Source: Octopus vulgaris (lineage: Eukaryota). From it: a stretch of DNA of 64,000 nucleotides. Numbering within the stretch: position 1 is the stretch's first letter; every line of letters starts with the position of its first letter. Shown in pieces: positions 12,516 to 26,519 of this stretch. The notes beneath the pieces were generated by a model. It searched no databases, had not been told where the DNA came from, and was given only the letters and a program-made list of their open reading frames with translations. The stretch spans positions 58,466,001 through 58,530,000 of the forward strand of contig OX597833.1 of NCBI GenBank assembly GCA_951406725.2, read 5' to 3'. Both the position numbers and the translations under genes were made by a program.

Positions 12516-13304
12516 ATTATTATTATTATTATTATGTCAGTTTATTATCACAATATCAGTCTCTCTCTTTCCCTTTCTCTTTATTTTTTCCTTCGTTTCT
12601 TTCTTTCTTTCTTTCTTTACATATGGTGGTTGCTGTTTGAAATCATTCGGCTGTGAAAAACAAACAAAAAGAAAAACATGAAACTAACAAACAAACAACA
12701 AACAAAAAAAAAAAATATATATACAAAAACTTGCTCCACTTTAGACATTTTCTCAGGTCCAACAACACAACACACATTTCCATTATACTTTTTTTTTTTT
12801 ATTTTGTAAGATTAATGATGATGATGATGATGTTGATGATTTTAAAGCATGTACATAAAATCAATATTTTTTTTCTTTTTCATTTTTTTGTTTTTTTTTT
12901 TGTTTTCAACCTGTTAGAAATTGCAGCTAATTTTCTTCCCCCCCCCCCCATCACACCTCTCTTAAAAAGAAGAAGCTAACTGAGACCCTGCTGGCTAATG
13001 TAATTTTAGGGACATGATATCTGGAGGGAAGGCAAATCGGACCTTACGATGCAGACACTCCCGGAGCACATTAAGTCCCTTGTTCTTGCATTATAATGGG
13101 AAATGAGTGGTTATAATATATCCAGAAATGACTTGGACCAAGATCTTGAGATGTGTGGGGCAGATGCTAAGATCACCAGGTGAGGTGGGGTGGCAGATAA
13201 CCCTTTTGGTCACTAATCTCTGTCTCTTTCTTGGATAGCTGTTGCTGCTGCTGTTGTTGTTGTTGTTAAGCAACAAGACGGGTAAGGGTGATTTGGTGAT
13301 GGTC

Positions 13305-13515
13305 TAGGGCTTAGGGGCAGGAGACCCCAGACTTTGGGAAGAAAAAAAAAACTTTGGTTGTCTTGTAGTAGTCAAGGGCTTAGGGGCAGTAAACCCCAGA
13401 CCTTGGGAAAAAAAAAACTTTGGTCGTCTTGTTGTAGTCAAGGGCTTAGGGGCAGGAGAGCCCAGACCTTGGGAAAAAAACAAAAAACTTTGGTTGTCTT
13501 GTTGTAGTCGAGGGC
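13305..13515. repeat. ~65-bp tandem repeat, about 3 copies
   Basis: AGGGCTTAGGGGCAG...CCCAGAC.TTGGGAAAA...CTTTGGT.GTCTTGT.GTAGTC repeated. Confidence 0.85.
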
Positions 13516-13601
13516 TCTTCGTTGATGCCCGACACCACTGGGAGGTGGCCCTCGAAGTCGCTGGAAATGGAGGTCTCCAGGCCCGAATTCTTGAACGGCT
13601 G
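13446..13601 (-). CDS. Possible terminal exon of an unidentified minus-strand gene
   Basis: CAGCAG acceptor; GC3-rich frame QPFKNSGLETSISSDFEGHLPVVSGINEEPSTTTRQPK...; no recognisable family and no partner exons found. Confidence 0.2.
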   Translation of the reverse strand, partial: QPFKNSGLETSISSDFEGHLPVVSGINEEPSTTTRQPKFFVFFPRSGLSCP

Positions 13602-13647
13602 CTGTTGTCATTGGAAAGATGACTAACCACTACCACTGCTGCTATTT

Positions 13648-13678
<31 letters not shown>

Positions 13679-14232
13679 AACTACCAGCACCATCCACACC
13701 ATTGTTGATGGTGCTTCCACCATCACCTTCAGTACCCACTACTCTCACTGTCACCATTTCTCCCTCCGTGTTATCTATACCTCCTACTGCTGCTATTATC
13801 GGCACTCCTACTTCTACACCCATGCACACACACATCACTACTACTACTACTACTACAACCTGAATGTATGACTGCTAGAAGCCTGCATAGGGACTTGATG
13901 GAGTTGCTTCATTCACTAGAAATAGTAGGCAAATCTCCCTCAAATCACACCCAAACATTTTGGAAATGGAAGGACACATCAGATAATGTAGTTTTAGATA
14001 TACAGTGCCTGATATATAAATAAAATTGAGTCAAATAAAGCTGTCCTTTTCCTTCATGGTAGGTCATCTTTGGATTGGAGAATTCATAAATCTTGATATT
14101 ATCTCCCTTTCTCAAGTGGAGTTGATTTTAATTGGCATTTAGTAATTATGGTACATCCTCTAGAAGCAGCGATAATTATATAAATCAAGAATTTATGTTG
14201 TGTGGTATTTGATATACCTATATTTGTGTGTT

Positions 14233-14271
<39 letters not shown>

Positions 14272-15594
14272 CTTACATCCCCCACCAGTGGCAACTAACC
14301 CTACAACCATTTACTTAGATTTAGTCATAATCCTCATCATCATCATTTATTAAGCTCATATAGGCCCTTTCTCATTTTTATATCTCACTGTCAAAACCAG
14401 CATCCTTCTCCATCATCATCATCATCATCATCACTGCATTTATGGTGCTCTTTCCACCCTTATTCTTACACTCTCCATCTCTCTCCCTCTCTTCGTTTTC
14501 TCCACCTCCCTCTCTTTTCCTCTCATTATCTCTCTGTGATTAACACCAGCTGTTCTGTTGTAACCCATAAAAACAAATATAGATAATGGTGAAACTTATT
14601 GCCTTTGTTTAGCTATTTGTTAATTAATTAGGAGAGAAGAAGAAATTAACACTTCACTATATATGGCCACCCCTCCTTTATCTACCTTTCTTCTTTACTG
14701 GCAGATGAGTTGTCTGGAATAAGAGAATGGGCTGAGATTTAATTAATGTTTTGGTTTAAAAGTTGCTAGTGTATATATTATATGTGTATGCAATTATAAA
14801 GTGTGTAATTACAAAGTTTGTTGCATATTTGTAAATAATATTTGATCCAGCCCCTCTCTTGTCTCTCTCTCCCTACTCCTGTCTCATTTCCTACACGCAT
14901 ACATATGTACTATACTAAAGAAAGCTGCTTTTTAATCAATTATGAGTATGTAACTTTTACTAAACGAAAGCAATTATAAAAAGTGTATATTGTCTAGAAA
15001 ATTCTGAAAAATTCCAATTTTGATATATTTTTATCAAAATGTGGTTCTTAACTTTCTTTCATTTATATGTGCATAATATAGGTTTGTTCACTCCAGAGCT
15101 AACATACACACACACACACATTTTGTATATGTTTTTGCTTAAAGTTGATAATTCACTATTATTGAAGGATCACATCAGCTTTGAATTTATAATACTTTCT
15201 AATATTTGTATTTTTATTGAGTATTCTTTGTCCTGTTTGTAATTCCAGATGATATACATACATGTGTATGTGTATACACATACAGATGCATGGCAGTTTT
15301 CCTTTTTGTCATTTTGGAATTATAATGAATGGGATTCATTGTTTGGGTACTAGGGATAGTAAGGCATTATAATAAATAAATAAAATAACAAAAGGGTAGA
15401 ACTAAGCTAGAGAGGGAGAATGTTGATACTGTTGTGAGAATGATGCATAGGGCAAAGTATTCAGCACACATTTTCACACATCCATACATGTATACTGAAA
15501 CAGATCTCTGTATAAAACAAACTCTCTTTTTCCTTGACTAGATTTATAAATATGTATGTGTGTATAAAATATATATATATGTGACCGTGTGTGT

Positions 15595-15771
15595 ATCGTT
15601 GGCAATTTTCTTTCTCTGTCTTCCCTTCCTTGGACTTTTCCTTTTTTCTATGTTTCTGATGAAGAGCTCTGCTTAAAACGTTAAATCCTCTTTCTTTCTT
15701 TCCTTTCCTGAGCATCCAATAACACTATACTTGTTCCACATCCTCGTGTTGTTGTGTTTTCATGTTTGGAT

Positions 15772-15775
<4 letters not shown>
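15595..15775 (+). mobile_element. Penelope-like pLTR fragment with decayed minimal hammerhead (15652-15686)
   Basis: GTTT CTGATGA AGAGC TCT GCTT AAAA CG TT AAAT; same family as 39955-40135. Confidence 0.55.
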
Positions 15776-15815
<40 letters not shown>

Positions 15816-17097
15816 CATATGAACTTGGGTATGATTCTGTCAAAATTAACCCAGGCCATGTCTTACTTAATAGCAGTACCTGGTGGAATCTATTAAGTCA
15901 TTTTTAATCCAGGTCTTGTAGTATCATAGCCCATTCAAGTCAGGAATCAGGAATGGCTTGTCTGATATCCCTTGAAGAAATTTGTCCTGGTATCATTTGA
16001 AGTTGATGGGATCTTTGTCTTCTTTGATTTCTTTTAGGATAATATTAATTTCTTCACTGCAAATGGTCCTTCCCTTTTCAATGTTATCCCAAAAGAAATT
16101 TAAGTAGAAAAAGATAATATTAAATAGAGCAAGGCTCATTGAGAAATTGTCTTGCTGTGTGATACGTTATGATCCTGAATTCGTGTAGAGGGATTTGGCA
16201 CAGGGTCCCAGCTTTTGTATGAATTATAACCTTGATGTTAAGGCTATTTGGGCATGGCTGGTGGTATATTCTTCACGTAGCACTCACAGTAACCCGCAAG
16301 AAAAATGATTTTGAATATTTTCCAGTAACCCTAATAACAAAGATCAGACATGCCATGTTGTGTGTGTGTGTTTGTTTTTTGTGTGTAATTGGTCTCTGGG
16401 GGTGTCTCAATTCTTATGTTTTGTTTGGTGGGGGGGGGGGCCTCAATGGGCAAACAGTATTCTAGATGTGTATATGTATGTGTTTTGTTGTTTTTCTTTT
16501 TTTTTTTTTTGTAAAGCAAATTGGCAAATGAACTTTTAACAACCACCATGATGCAAGTAACAACAACACCACCAACAACAACCACAATGAAACCTGCTGT
16601 GAAACATTTGTCTTCCATTATATGAACTAATTCATAGATACTAATGTCCATCCATCCATCCATCTATCCATCCATCCATCCATCCATCATATTAGTGTGT
16701 TAGTAAACTTCTTTTGGCTATTGTTGTCCTTTGGTTCTCTGCGGTCAACCGCGTCCTCCGCTTCATTTTTTGTTAATCACTCATTCTCATTTAATTGTAT
16801 ATATTTTAATTATTTGTTTATTCATAGGTTTCGTGTCTTATTCGATACCCTGACCCCAACGTTTGTTTTGTCTGTCCCCGTATTGTCCCCTCTTTTTCTC
16901 AACCTTATGGTGAATAAAGAAATACTCTCTCTCTCTCCTCATCACTTTGAGATGTAGAATTTTGATGTGTTGTTTGCAGTCATGTTCTTTGGCCAGTTAT
17001 CGCTTTGATCCGAGTTGTTTCTACTCACTGACCATCACCACCACCACCACCACCACCACCTTCAACCTCCTTCCCCATCACCTTCTTGCTCCTCTAT

Positions 17098-17133
<36 letters not shown>

Positions 17134-17940
17134 ATTCCGGTTCCCCAAACCCTTTCAAAGGCCAGTATCTTAATTGTCACATATTTTTTATGAACCCTTG
17201 TTATATTTTGGTGGTGGTGGTAGTGAAGGTGGTGCTGTAGTTGGTGAAGAAGTGTGTGTGAGTGTGTGTATGTGAATGTATATGTAGGTCTCCACTTGAT
17301 ATTTGGCATTACTTTATCATTGGTTATCTGGGGTATCCATCAATGGGGTGTCAGTTATTATTGATTAATGCTTTTCATAGAACCCTTAACATTTTTTAAT
17401 ATTTAGCTATTGTTGTTGTTGTTGTTATATAATGATAATAATGATAATAACGATACTAGTGGTTAGGGTGTTGTGCTCACGGTCACAAACTAGAAGAATC
17501 ATGAAACAGGTACTAATTATAAACTGGGGTTGACTTAATCGGCCGGCCCCTTCCCACCAAATTTCAGGCCTTGTGTGTATAATAGAAAGGATTATTATTA
17601 TTATTAGTAACAAATTGTAAGAATGTTAGACAAAGCAGCCTTGCAGTATCTAGTTGGAACCTTTTACTGTTTAAGTTCAAATCCCATGAGAGCTATCCTT
17701 GCTGTTTATCCTTCCAAGGTCAATAAGACAAAGTACTGATCAAGAACTGGGGTTCAGGGATCAATTTAATCAAGTAATGGCCCCTCTTTCTTGAATTTGA
17801 CCATATACCTATGTAAGAAAGCATTAATTACACTGTTCATTTTTAAGGGTCAGCTCCTGTTTCTGTATTTATCCCCTTGGGAAATTAAAGTAATTTGTGA
17901 TAATTAGCATTCATTATAGAAACTGTGTAGGGGAGAGAGA

Positions 17941-18140
17941 TTCAATTCAATTTAATTTTTATTGGCTCAAAAAGCAAAAGCAAGGCCATGTAGGGGGACA
18001 GGGAGGGTGGTCATACAAAGAGTTCAGGCCATTTCTGGTCGAGAGAGACTTTGAACCGAGCGGTCGTTGGCATCTTCACTATCTTGTCCGGCAGTTTATG
18101 CCACGGATCCACAACCCGGACGGAGAAAGCCCCCTCTCCT
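17941..18140 (-). mobile_element. CR1-type LINE 3' fragment
   Basis: Closely matches 11534-11743. Confidence 0.8.
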
Positions 18141-18529
18141 AGTAATGGTGGTAGCAGTAATCTGTATTAGATTTTGGACTTTGATCTACCGTGAGTCCTT
18201 GGACTCACAGGGCCAGGACTCTACTTGGTTTGTGTAACATATAGGTGACTGAGATTATAAAGACTCCTCCATCACCGCTGAACAAGATGCGAGTCTGTTG
18301 CAGAGTCAACTCCCCAGCTGTCACTGGAACTCAGTTTTCGGCTGAGTGGACCTGACCAACATTAAACGAATGAAGTGTTCTGCACAAGGGACACAATGTA
18401 CCGCCTGATCCAGGAATTGAAACCACTACCTTAAGATCAACGAGTGCAACATCTTAACCACTAGGCCATGTGCCTTTACTTTCTGTATTAGCAGGATGAA
18501 AAAGAAAAAAATTAATTTTCAGTTTTTGT

Positions 18530-18890
18530 ATGTGACTTTCAGGGCATCCTTGTGTGCCTGTTTGCCCCCACCTGTGTCCCCATCTGTGTGTGTGTGTGTG
18601 TCTGTCTCCACCTCCGTCAGCACTTGACAACCAGTGCTGGTGTGCTTATATCCCTGTAACTTAGTAGTTTGGCAAAAGAGACTGATAGAATAAGTCCTTG
18701 GGTCAAATCCTTCAAGGTGGTGCTCCAGCATGGCTACAGTCAAATGACTGAAACAAAGAATATATGAATATATAAAATGTGTGTGTGCATAAAATATGTG
18801 CATAAAATATCAAATGTTAGTAAAGTCCTGGGGTCAAATCCTTCAATGTGGTGCTCCAGCATGGCTACAGTCAAACGATTGAAACAAAGA
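18530..18890 (+). mobile_element. SINE family B 3' half with duplicated tail
   Basis: GGTGCTCCAGCATGGCTACAGTCAAA.GA.TGAAAC occurs twice. Confidence 0.8.
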
Positions 18891-18899
18891 ATATATGTG

Positions 18900-18934
<35 letters not shown>

Positions 18935-19659
18935 CATAAAATAATCAAATGTTAGTAATTCTGAAATTACTGCCATATATAATTGCTTGTATGCAGTAAA
19001 ATATTGTTTAGGCACAAAGAATCTTTGGGGGTGGTCATCCAGGCTTTCTGTTTTATCCTTAATCTTCCAATAAGAGAAAGTGTGTTGTTTTGAATCATCA
19101 AGCATTATTAGCAATAGGCATCAGAGACAAGTTTGTTGACAGACTATGATGAGGGCTTCTTTTTTTTTTTTTTTCTCTGTTGTCATTATTATTGATAGAT
19201 CTACTGGTTCATTATCGTTAATAAACAAATATATTATGAGAGACTGGTTTTTTTTTGTTTATCTGTGTGTGTTTGCATGTGATGATGTGTGAAGATATGA
19301 CTGAAGCGTTGTAGTGAAATAATTGTTTTTGTAAGCAGAAATTTTTCCCCATGATTTGCTCTCTATCTGGTTCTTCAAATGGCCCCCACAGCCCCGTGTT
19401 GTATTTTTGTAGAGTTACTTAAACGTACAGATCACTGCTTGAACCATCTCAACTCTTACTCAGTTGCAAACGAGTACCCCACCCACCCACCCACCTCTTT
19501 CATTCTCCAGCTGTCACACTCTTGAGGTGCCGCACTGGATCTAAGGTAGAAGAGCCAAGAGGCTGTTTGTGCCCACTTGCGACTTCATTGACACCTAAAA
19601 GAATTACTGAAAAACATTGTATAAACTGAGACACAGTCTTCTGCAAGTGACAGCAAAGC

Positions 19660-20033
19660 TAAGCCGGGCGAAATGCATAGCTGTATTTCGTCTGCCGTTA
19701 CGTTCTGAGTTCAAATTCCACCGAGGTTGACTTTGGTAATCAACTTAATCCATTTGTCTGTCCTTGTTTGTCCTCTCTGTGTTTAGCCCCTTGTGGGCAA
19801 TAAAGAAATAAGAAACGTTAGCATGCCGGGCGAAATGCTTAGTGGTATTTCATCTGCCGCTACATTGTGAGTTCAAATTCCGCCGAGGTTGACTTTGCCT
19901 TTCATCCTTTCGGGGGTTCGATTAAATAAATACCAGTTACGCACTGGGGTCGATGTAATCGACTTAATCCGTTTGTCTGTCCTTGTTTGTCCTCTCTGTG
20001 TTTAGCCCCTTGTTGGTAGTAAAGAAATAGGTA
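19660..20033 (+). mobile_element. SINE family A dimer
   Basis: Two tandem family A units. Confidence 0.85.
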
Positions 20034-20719
20034 TGTAACTAGGCACCCAGAGAGGATGTGAAAGATCATTTCATTATTCTACAACTTTTGATATTCATGT
20101 TCCATCTTCCTGTTTTATATTTGTAAGTGTTTATGGCTAAGCGTTGGTGTTGTGCAGCTAAAAATCAAATTCCCCCCGTCTTTTAAACCATTGTTGGATT
20201 TCAATTTGGTCCTGCTTCCTCTTCATCGAACCCAGCAGGGTATTATTGGCTCTGGTGTAGAAGAATAAACAAGCTTTCACTTTACCTGTATTTACCTGAT
20301 GAAAGTTCACTGATTGCAATAAAAAATTTTTTGAATAGGGCATCATTTTTTTCAAAATTAACTTTATTTTTCTTCCACAATTAAAACTCCAAGCTGTTGT
20401 ATGAATTTCCTCGTCCCCCCTTCTCCCATCTCGTCCCACAAAATTTATAAAATAAACAAAGAAATGTTGTTGTAATTACTGTTGTTGTGTTGATTCGCTC
20501 AGCTATAAATCCCTTCAACCACTAATATACGTTGCTGCAAGTGAGGCTACCCCAACCCCCATTGATGTTGAGGTTGTGATTGCTCCCCAAAATAGAAGTG
20601 GTTGTGGTTGTCTTACAATAGAAGCTGTTGTTGTTATTGATGTGGTGGTTGTTACTCCATTCTCTTCTCAAATAGTTATTGTTGTTGTTGCTGTTTGTTT
20701 GTTTGTTTGTTTGTTGAGT

Positions 20720-21060
20720 GAAGCGGTCTTCGTCCTAGAAGTCCGAAACGTGGTCCTTTGCTATTCGTAAGACCCGCAGAAGAGAGCAGGTCAACCCCCG
20801 ACACCGAGAGCATTGACGGATGGATGAATGCGCATCCAGACTCAGCGGTTGCGTAGGAAGTCGGGGACAAGAAACAGGAAGAAAGAGTGAGAGAAAGTTG
20901 GATCGAAAGAGTACAACAGGGGTCGCCACCACCCCCTGCCAGAGCCTCGTGGAGCTTTAGGTGTTTTCGCTCAATAAACACATGCAACGCCCGGTCTGGG
21001 AATCAAAACCACGATCCTCCGACCGCGAGTCCGCTGCCTTAACCACTGGGCCATTGCACA
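20720..21060 (-). mobile_element. SINE family D
   Basis: Reverse complement of the 2758 head and body. Confidence 0.8.
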
Positions 21061-21499
21061 ATCCACTGTTGTTGTTGTTGTTGTTGTCGTCATGGTTGAC
21101 CCAATAGAAGTCCAATATTGCCATGCAACAAGCAGTAGAGAATTGTCTTCAAGATGAACTGAATTTGAGATTTGAATTTCTCAGACAAAACATGAGAATT
21201 GTACTGAAGGCACCTGTGGTAGAGAGGAACAAACGACAAGCATTCCTCTTGGAATATAGTCCCAAAATGAGGAAATGCCATGCCTCGTTAACACTTATTT
21301 CACTTATCACTTATTTCATTATCAGTTGTCAAGGGTGGTGAGTGGATTGTTTTGGTGAGGGTGGTAGGTAAAAGTTACTTTGAGCTTTTGGTTACATCCT
21401 TTTATGATTTGAGTTCAAATTTACCAGGAAGTCAAATTTGCATTTCTCATCACTCCAGGTGTGGTGGGAGTGAGAGGGGTAAAATAAAGGGTTATTCAA

Positions 21500-22040
21500 G
21501 TCCTGGGTTTCAATGTAATCGGCTATCCCCTGGAAATTTTCAAGGCCAATTCTGCCAAGGTCGACTTTTCCTTTCATTCTTTTGAGGGTTGATAAAATTT
21601 GTACCTCTTACACACTGGAGTCGATGTAATCAGCTATCCCCTTTCCCCTGGAAATTTTCAAGGCCAATTTTGCCAAGGTCAACTTTTCCTTTCATTCTTT
21701 TGGGGGTCGATAAAATAAGTACCTGTTACACACTGGACTCGATGTAATTGGCTATCCCCTTTCCCCTGGAAATTTTCAAGGCCAATTCTGCCAAGGTCAA
21801 CTTTTCCTTTCATTCTTTTGGGGGTCGATAAAATAAGTACCTGTTACACACTGGACTCGATGTAATTGGCTATCCCCTTTCCCCTGGAAATTTTCAAGGC
21901 CAATTCTGCCAAGGTCAACTTTTCCTTTCATTCTTTTGGGGGTCGATAAAATAAGTACCTGTTACACACTGGAGTCGATGTAATCAGCTATTCCCTTTCC
22001 CCTGGAAATTTTCAAGGCCTTGTTCCCTAGAGTAGAAATA
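21500..22040 (+). repeat. ~119-bp tandem repeat derived from the SINE A core, about 4 copies
   Basis: GGAAATTTTCAAGGCCAATTCTGCCAAGGTCAACTTTTCCTTTCATTC...GGGGTCGATAAAATAAGTACC repeated. Confidence 0.9.
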
Positions 22041-22517
22041 ATTATTTTTATTAATGTCAATGTTGTGGCTGTGAGTAGTAAACTCTTGCTGGGTACCGAG
22101 ACCCAAAACCTCAGAAAAAAAAAGATTTAGTTTGATTCTTCATCCAAAGTTCTCATCATTTCCCTCTCTGAATTCTAATGGCTGGAAAACAAACAAAAAC
22201 AATGACAAAAGTTTCAATCTTCAGAGCCTGTATAAAAAAAAAAACAGAAGTATATTTAAAATTATTGTTGTTTGTTGTCGTCATCACTATCGTCATCGTT
22301 GATGTCGTTGTTGTTAATGTTTTTGTCTTGGTGACCATAAGAAAATAATTTGTTCCTCCTCCTCATCATCATCATAATCACCACCATCGCAAAATGTATC
22401 AAAGTGTATGTGTCTGTGGGTGTATGCATTCATGTATGTATGTAGGAATATCCGTCTGTCTTTTTTTTTGTACTTTTCCTTTTATTTTTTTAGGACTTTA
22501 TGATTCTCTAAAATGAC

Positions 22518-22560
<43 letters not shown>

Positions 22561-22597
22561 GCATGTATACATAAACATCCATGTGTTTTTATATATA

Positions 22598-22632
<35 letters not shown>

Positions 22633-23489
22633 GAATGATATATCCATGTTCAATATATATATGTGTGTATATATATATATATGATATATCCATGTTCAAT
22701 ATATATATATATGTGTATATATATATATATATATATTAATAATAATAATAATAATATTTCTCTAGTAATGATAGTTATTTGTCATTACTGGCCAAATATT
22801 TACTATCACCATCAGTGCCACCCTGACTCTTTGTTAAAAAAAAAATCACTGCCACAAAAAAAAAAATAATTAATAATAATAATGATGATGATTATGATAA
22901 TGATATCAATGATACGAAAAAAAAAATGAGAAAAAATCACTTGGATAAAAAAAACTTAACTTTTCTTCATTCACTGACAAAAGAAATAGAAAGAAAGAAA
23001 GAAGTATTATTATTATTACTACTTATAATGATGATGATGATGATGATCACAATACAAAATGACTTCTTGCAGAAACGTGAAAAAAAAAAATTTAAAAAAA
23101 AACAACAAAACAATAATTGAACTCGAGAAAAAATACTTGCAAAAAAAAAAAAGACCAAAAGAATATAAACTAAAAAATTTAAAAAATAAATTCGAATATT
23201 ACTCCCCCCTTCTTCCCCCCACAAAAAAAACATCAAAACGGAAAAAACAAAAAAATTATAAAAAATTTTTAAATGATTTAAATAAATATAAAAAAAAATT
23301 TGAAAATAAAAAAAAAAAATTCAAGGAATGTTGTTACTGTTGTTTTTATTGTTGTTGTTGAGCTTTCAAGTCAGTTCTGATTGAAGACAATCAAGCCAAG
23401 CACAGGGTCCCAGGGAAAGAAAATTAGCTGCAATTTCTAACAGGTTGAAAACAGCCATTGTATAAACCAGATATGGGTAGCATTTATCG

Positions 23490-24272
23490 AGAAGGAAGGA
23501 ATTGTGCCAAATTTTGGCATTGTAAGCTACACCAATGCTAGAACAGGACGACACTGCATAGTACCAAAGATCCCAGCAATGCTATCACGCTTTAAGACCA
23601 GTTTCTGCAACAGCCTGGGTTCCAAGGGCCCACAGCTTTTTAATATTCTCCCAAAGAGTCTGAGGAACTTGCACAAAGTAGATGTAGGGATTTTTAAATC
23701 AAAGCTGGACATCTTCCTGTCGAGAGTCCCAGATGAACCTACCTCATGGCAAGAGGTGCAAATGAGAGTAGCTACATCAAACTCCCTTCCTGTCGAGAGT
23801 CCCGGATGAACCTACCTCATGGCAAGAGGTGCAAATGAGAGTAGCTATATCAAACTCCATTCTTCACCAGTGCCAAATTTTGGCATTGTAAGCTAAACCA
23901 ATGCTAGAACGGGACGACACTGCATAGTACCAAAGATCCCAGCAATGCCATCACGCTTTAGGACCAGCTTCTGCAACAGCCTGGGTTTCAAGGGCCCACA
24001 GCTTTTTAATATTCTCCCAAAGAGTCTGAGGAACTTGCAGAAAGTAGATGTAGCGGTTTTTAAATCAAAGCTCGACATCTTCCTGTCAAGAGTCCCAGAT
24101 GAACCTACCTCACGGCAAGAGGTGCAAATGAGAGTAGCTGTATCAAACTCCATTCTTCACCAAGTGCCACATATTAGACGAGGTTCTTCACAGTAACAGT
24201 GTAGCACAAAACGGCGGTGCATCAGCATGGCCGCAGCTCTGAGCTGAAACTAGGGAAAAAAAAAAAAAAAAG
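23490..24272 (+). mobile_element. CR1/Jockey-type LINE 3' end, tandemly duplicated, with tail and poly(A)
   Basis: PNFGIVSYTNARTGRHC...KGPQLFNILPKSLRNL..VDV..FKSKLDIFLSRVPDEP present twice. Confidence 0.85.
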
Positions 24273-25559
24273 AAGTGGGGCCACATGAGACAGCTCATCA
24301 TGAAAAAATTTCAAGGTAATTATTTTGTTAGGCTTGCCAGGGGTAAACTGCAGGCTACAGTTTACTCCCAGCTGGGGTAAACCCAAAAGACAATATTTTC
24401 TAACGAGTTGTTTGTACATCAAATAGAATGCTTGGCAAATATTTTTCCAGTTATTTGTGGGTTCTAAGTTCAAATCCTACCAAGGCCAACTTTGTCTTTC
24501 GGTCTTCAGGGATTTATTAATTATGCAAAAGACTTGTACCAGGGATTGGAGCTAATTGTTCTTTCTCTCGCTTTCTTTCCTTCATACCTCCCTCACTCTC
24601 TCACTTTCTCTCTCCTTTTATCCCTCTCTTTCTCTCCCTCTCTCTCCCTTTTTCTCACTCTTCCAATCTATCTATCTCTCACTCTCATTTCCTCTATCTC
24701 TCCTCCCTCTCACGTACACACTCATTCTCCTTTACTCTCACTTTCTCATCCCTCTTTGTCTCACTCAATCTCTTTCTTTCTCTCCCTCTCTGTCTGTCTT
24801 TCCCTCATCTCTCTCTCCCCCCATTCTCTCTCTGAATCGGTTACATTGTGCTCTGAGAATTGTCTTGCATGTGAGGGTGTGGCAAGGGGGAAGGAAGCAC
24901 ATTCAACATCCATTTTTATTTTGTTTACAGAAATGGGGAAGGATTGAACAAAGATGATGGGAGAAAAAGGGACAGATACCCTATGGGATCTGTCCTAAGA
25001 TGGTCACTCTGTGTGAAAGAATTGCACAGAATGGAAATAAAAAAAACACATCAAAGAACTGGACCCTAAAACTATGTTATCTCATGTATCCTTCCCCTTG
25101 TTGTTTAGCCCCTCAAGTAGACCCTGATCTAGCAGACCAATGACCAAATGTACTCAAGTTGGAACCATTCCACTTTTGGTTGTTTTTTTGTTTCCTTTTG
25201 TATTGTTTGATGCTTATTTTTGCACTGGACTATATTAGCCATCGAGTCCGTCCCCTTTAATTGAAATTAAATTTCATGGACTTTTAAATAATGTTCTACA
25301 AGTCACATTGCCTCAATGAATTTGGATATATCTCAAGAGAAAAATGATTTCAAACATAACATTCCTCAACAAAATATAAATTGGTACATATAAACTGTTT
25401 TCCACTGTTAAGGGTGATAAAACTTTGAGTGGCCACCTCCACAGAAATATGGCTATAAGCATTTGGGTGTCATTCGAAGGAGATTTGGCTTTATTTATAA
25501 CCTATTGAAGGACTAGAATTTTGTCCACACTTCTCTACCACCACCATCACCAACAATGG

Positions 25560-26225
25560 TTTCAAATTTTGGCACAAAGGCAGGAAGTCGAGTACATCGA
25601 CCCTAGTGTCTCAATGGTACTTATTTTCCAGTTTACCGACCCTGAAAGGATGAAAAGCAAAATCGACCTCAGTGGAATTTGAACTCAGAAAGTAAAGACA
25701 GACAAAATGCTGCTGAGAATTTTGCCTGCTACGGTAACGATTCTGCCAGCTCACCACCTTTGTCATCTCCAATAATCCTTTCTATTATAGGCACAAGGCC
25801 TGAAATTTGTGGTGAGGGAACTCATCAACTACATCAACCCCAGTAGGCAACAGGTGCTTATTTCATCGACCCCGAAGGCAAAGTTGATTTGAGCAGAATT
25901 TGAACTGAGAACGTGAAGACAGATGAAATACCTATTTCTTTATTACCCACAAGGGGCTAAACACAGAGGGGACAAACAAGGACAGACATAGGTATTAAGT
26001 CGATTACATCGACCCCAGTGCGTAAACTGGTACTTAATTTATCGACCTCGATAGGATGAAAGGCAAAGTCGACCTCGGCGGAATTTGAACTCACAACGTA
26101 ACGGCAGACGAGATACCGCTAAGCATTTCGCCCGACGTGCTAACGATTCTGCCAGCTCGCCGCCTTTTCGGACGAAATACCGCTAAGCATTTCATCCGGC
26201 GTGCTAACGATTCTGCCAGCCTTTA
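25560..26225 (-). mobile_element. Cluster of SINE family A copies
   Basis: Reverse-complement family A cores, three or more units. Confidence 0.85.
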
Positions 26226-26519
26226 CGATCGCCAATAGTTAGAATATTTGCAGAAAAGGGTCATGGAGGATTTCCTAATAGGAAAAGGTTCCTGTCGGGG
26301 CTTAACCCCCCCATGGAGCCGTAAAAGTGCTTGCGAAATGTACATGATGTCTGGGATATTTTATGGGTTTGATGTGTTATGAACACAAAATATATCTGAG
26401 AGAGATGATATATTACCTGTTGTCATGAATCTCGGGTCGTTATTGAAAAAATACGATTGAAAATATAAATAGCAGGAATACAGTTCGTCTGATGGGTCTT
26501 TGGAGTATCGTGACTTGAT

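Noticed and set aside
19459-19594. Apparent minus-strand exon
   Set aside because: The frame I read ends in a stop, and the sequence resembles an RTE 5' region relic
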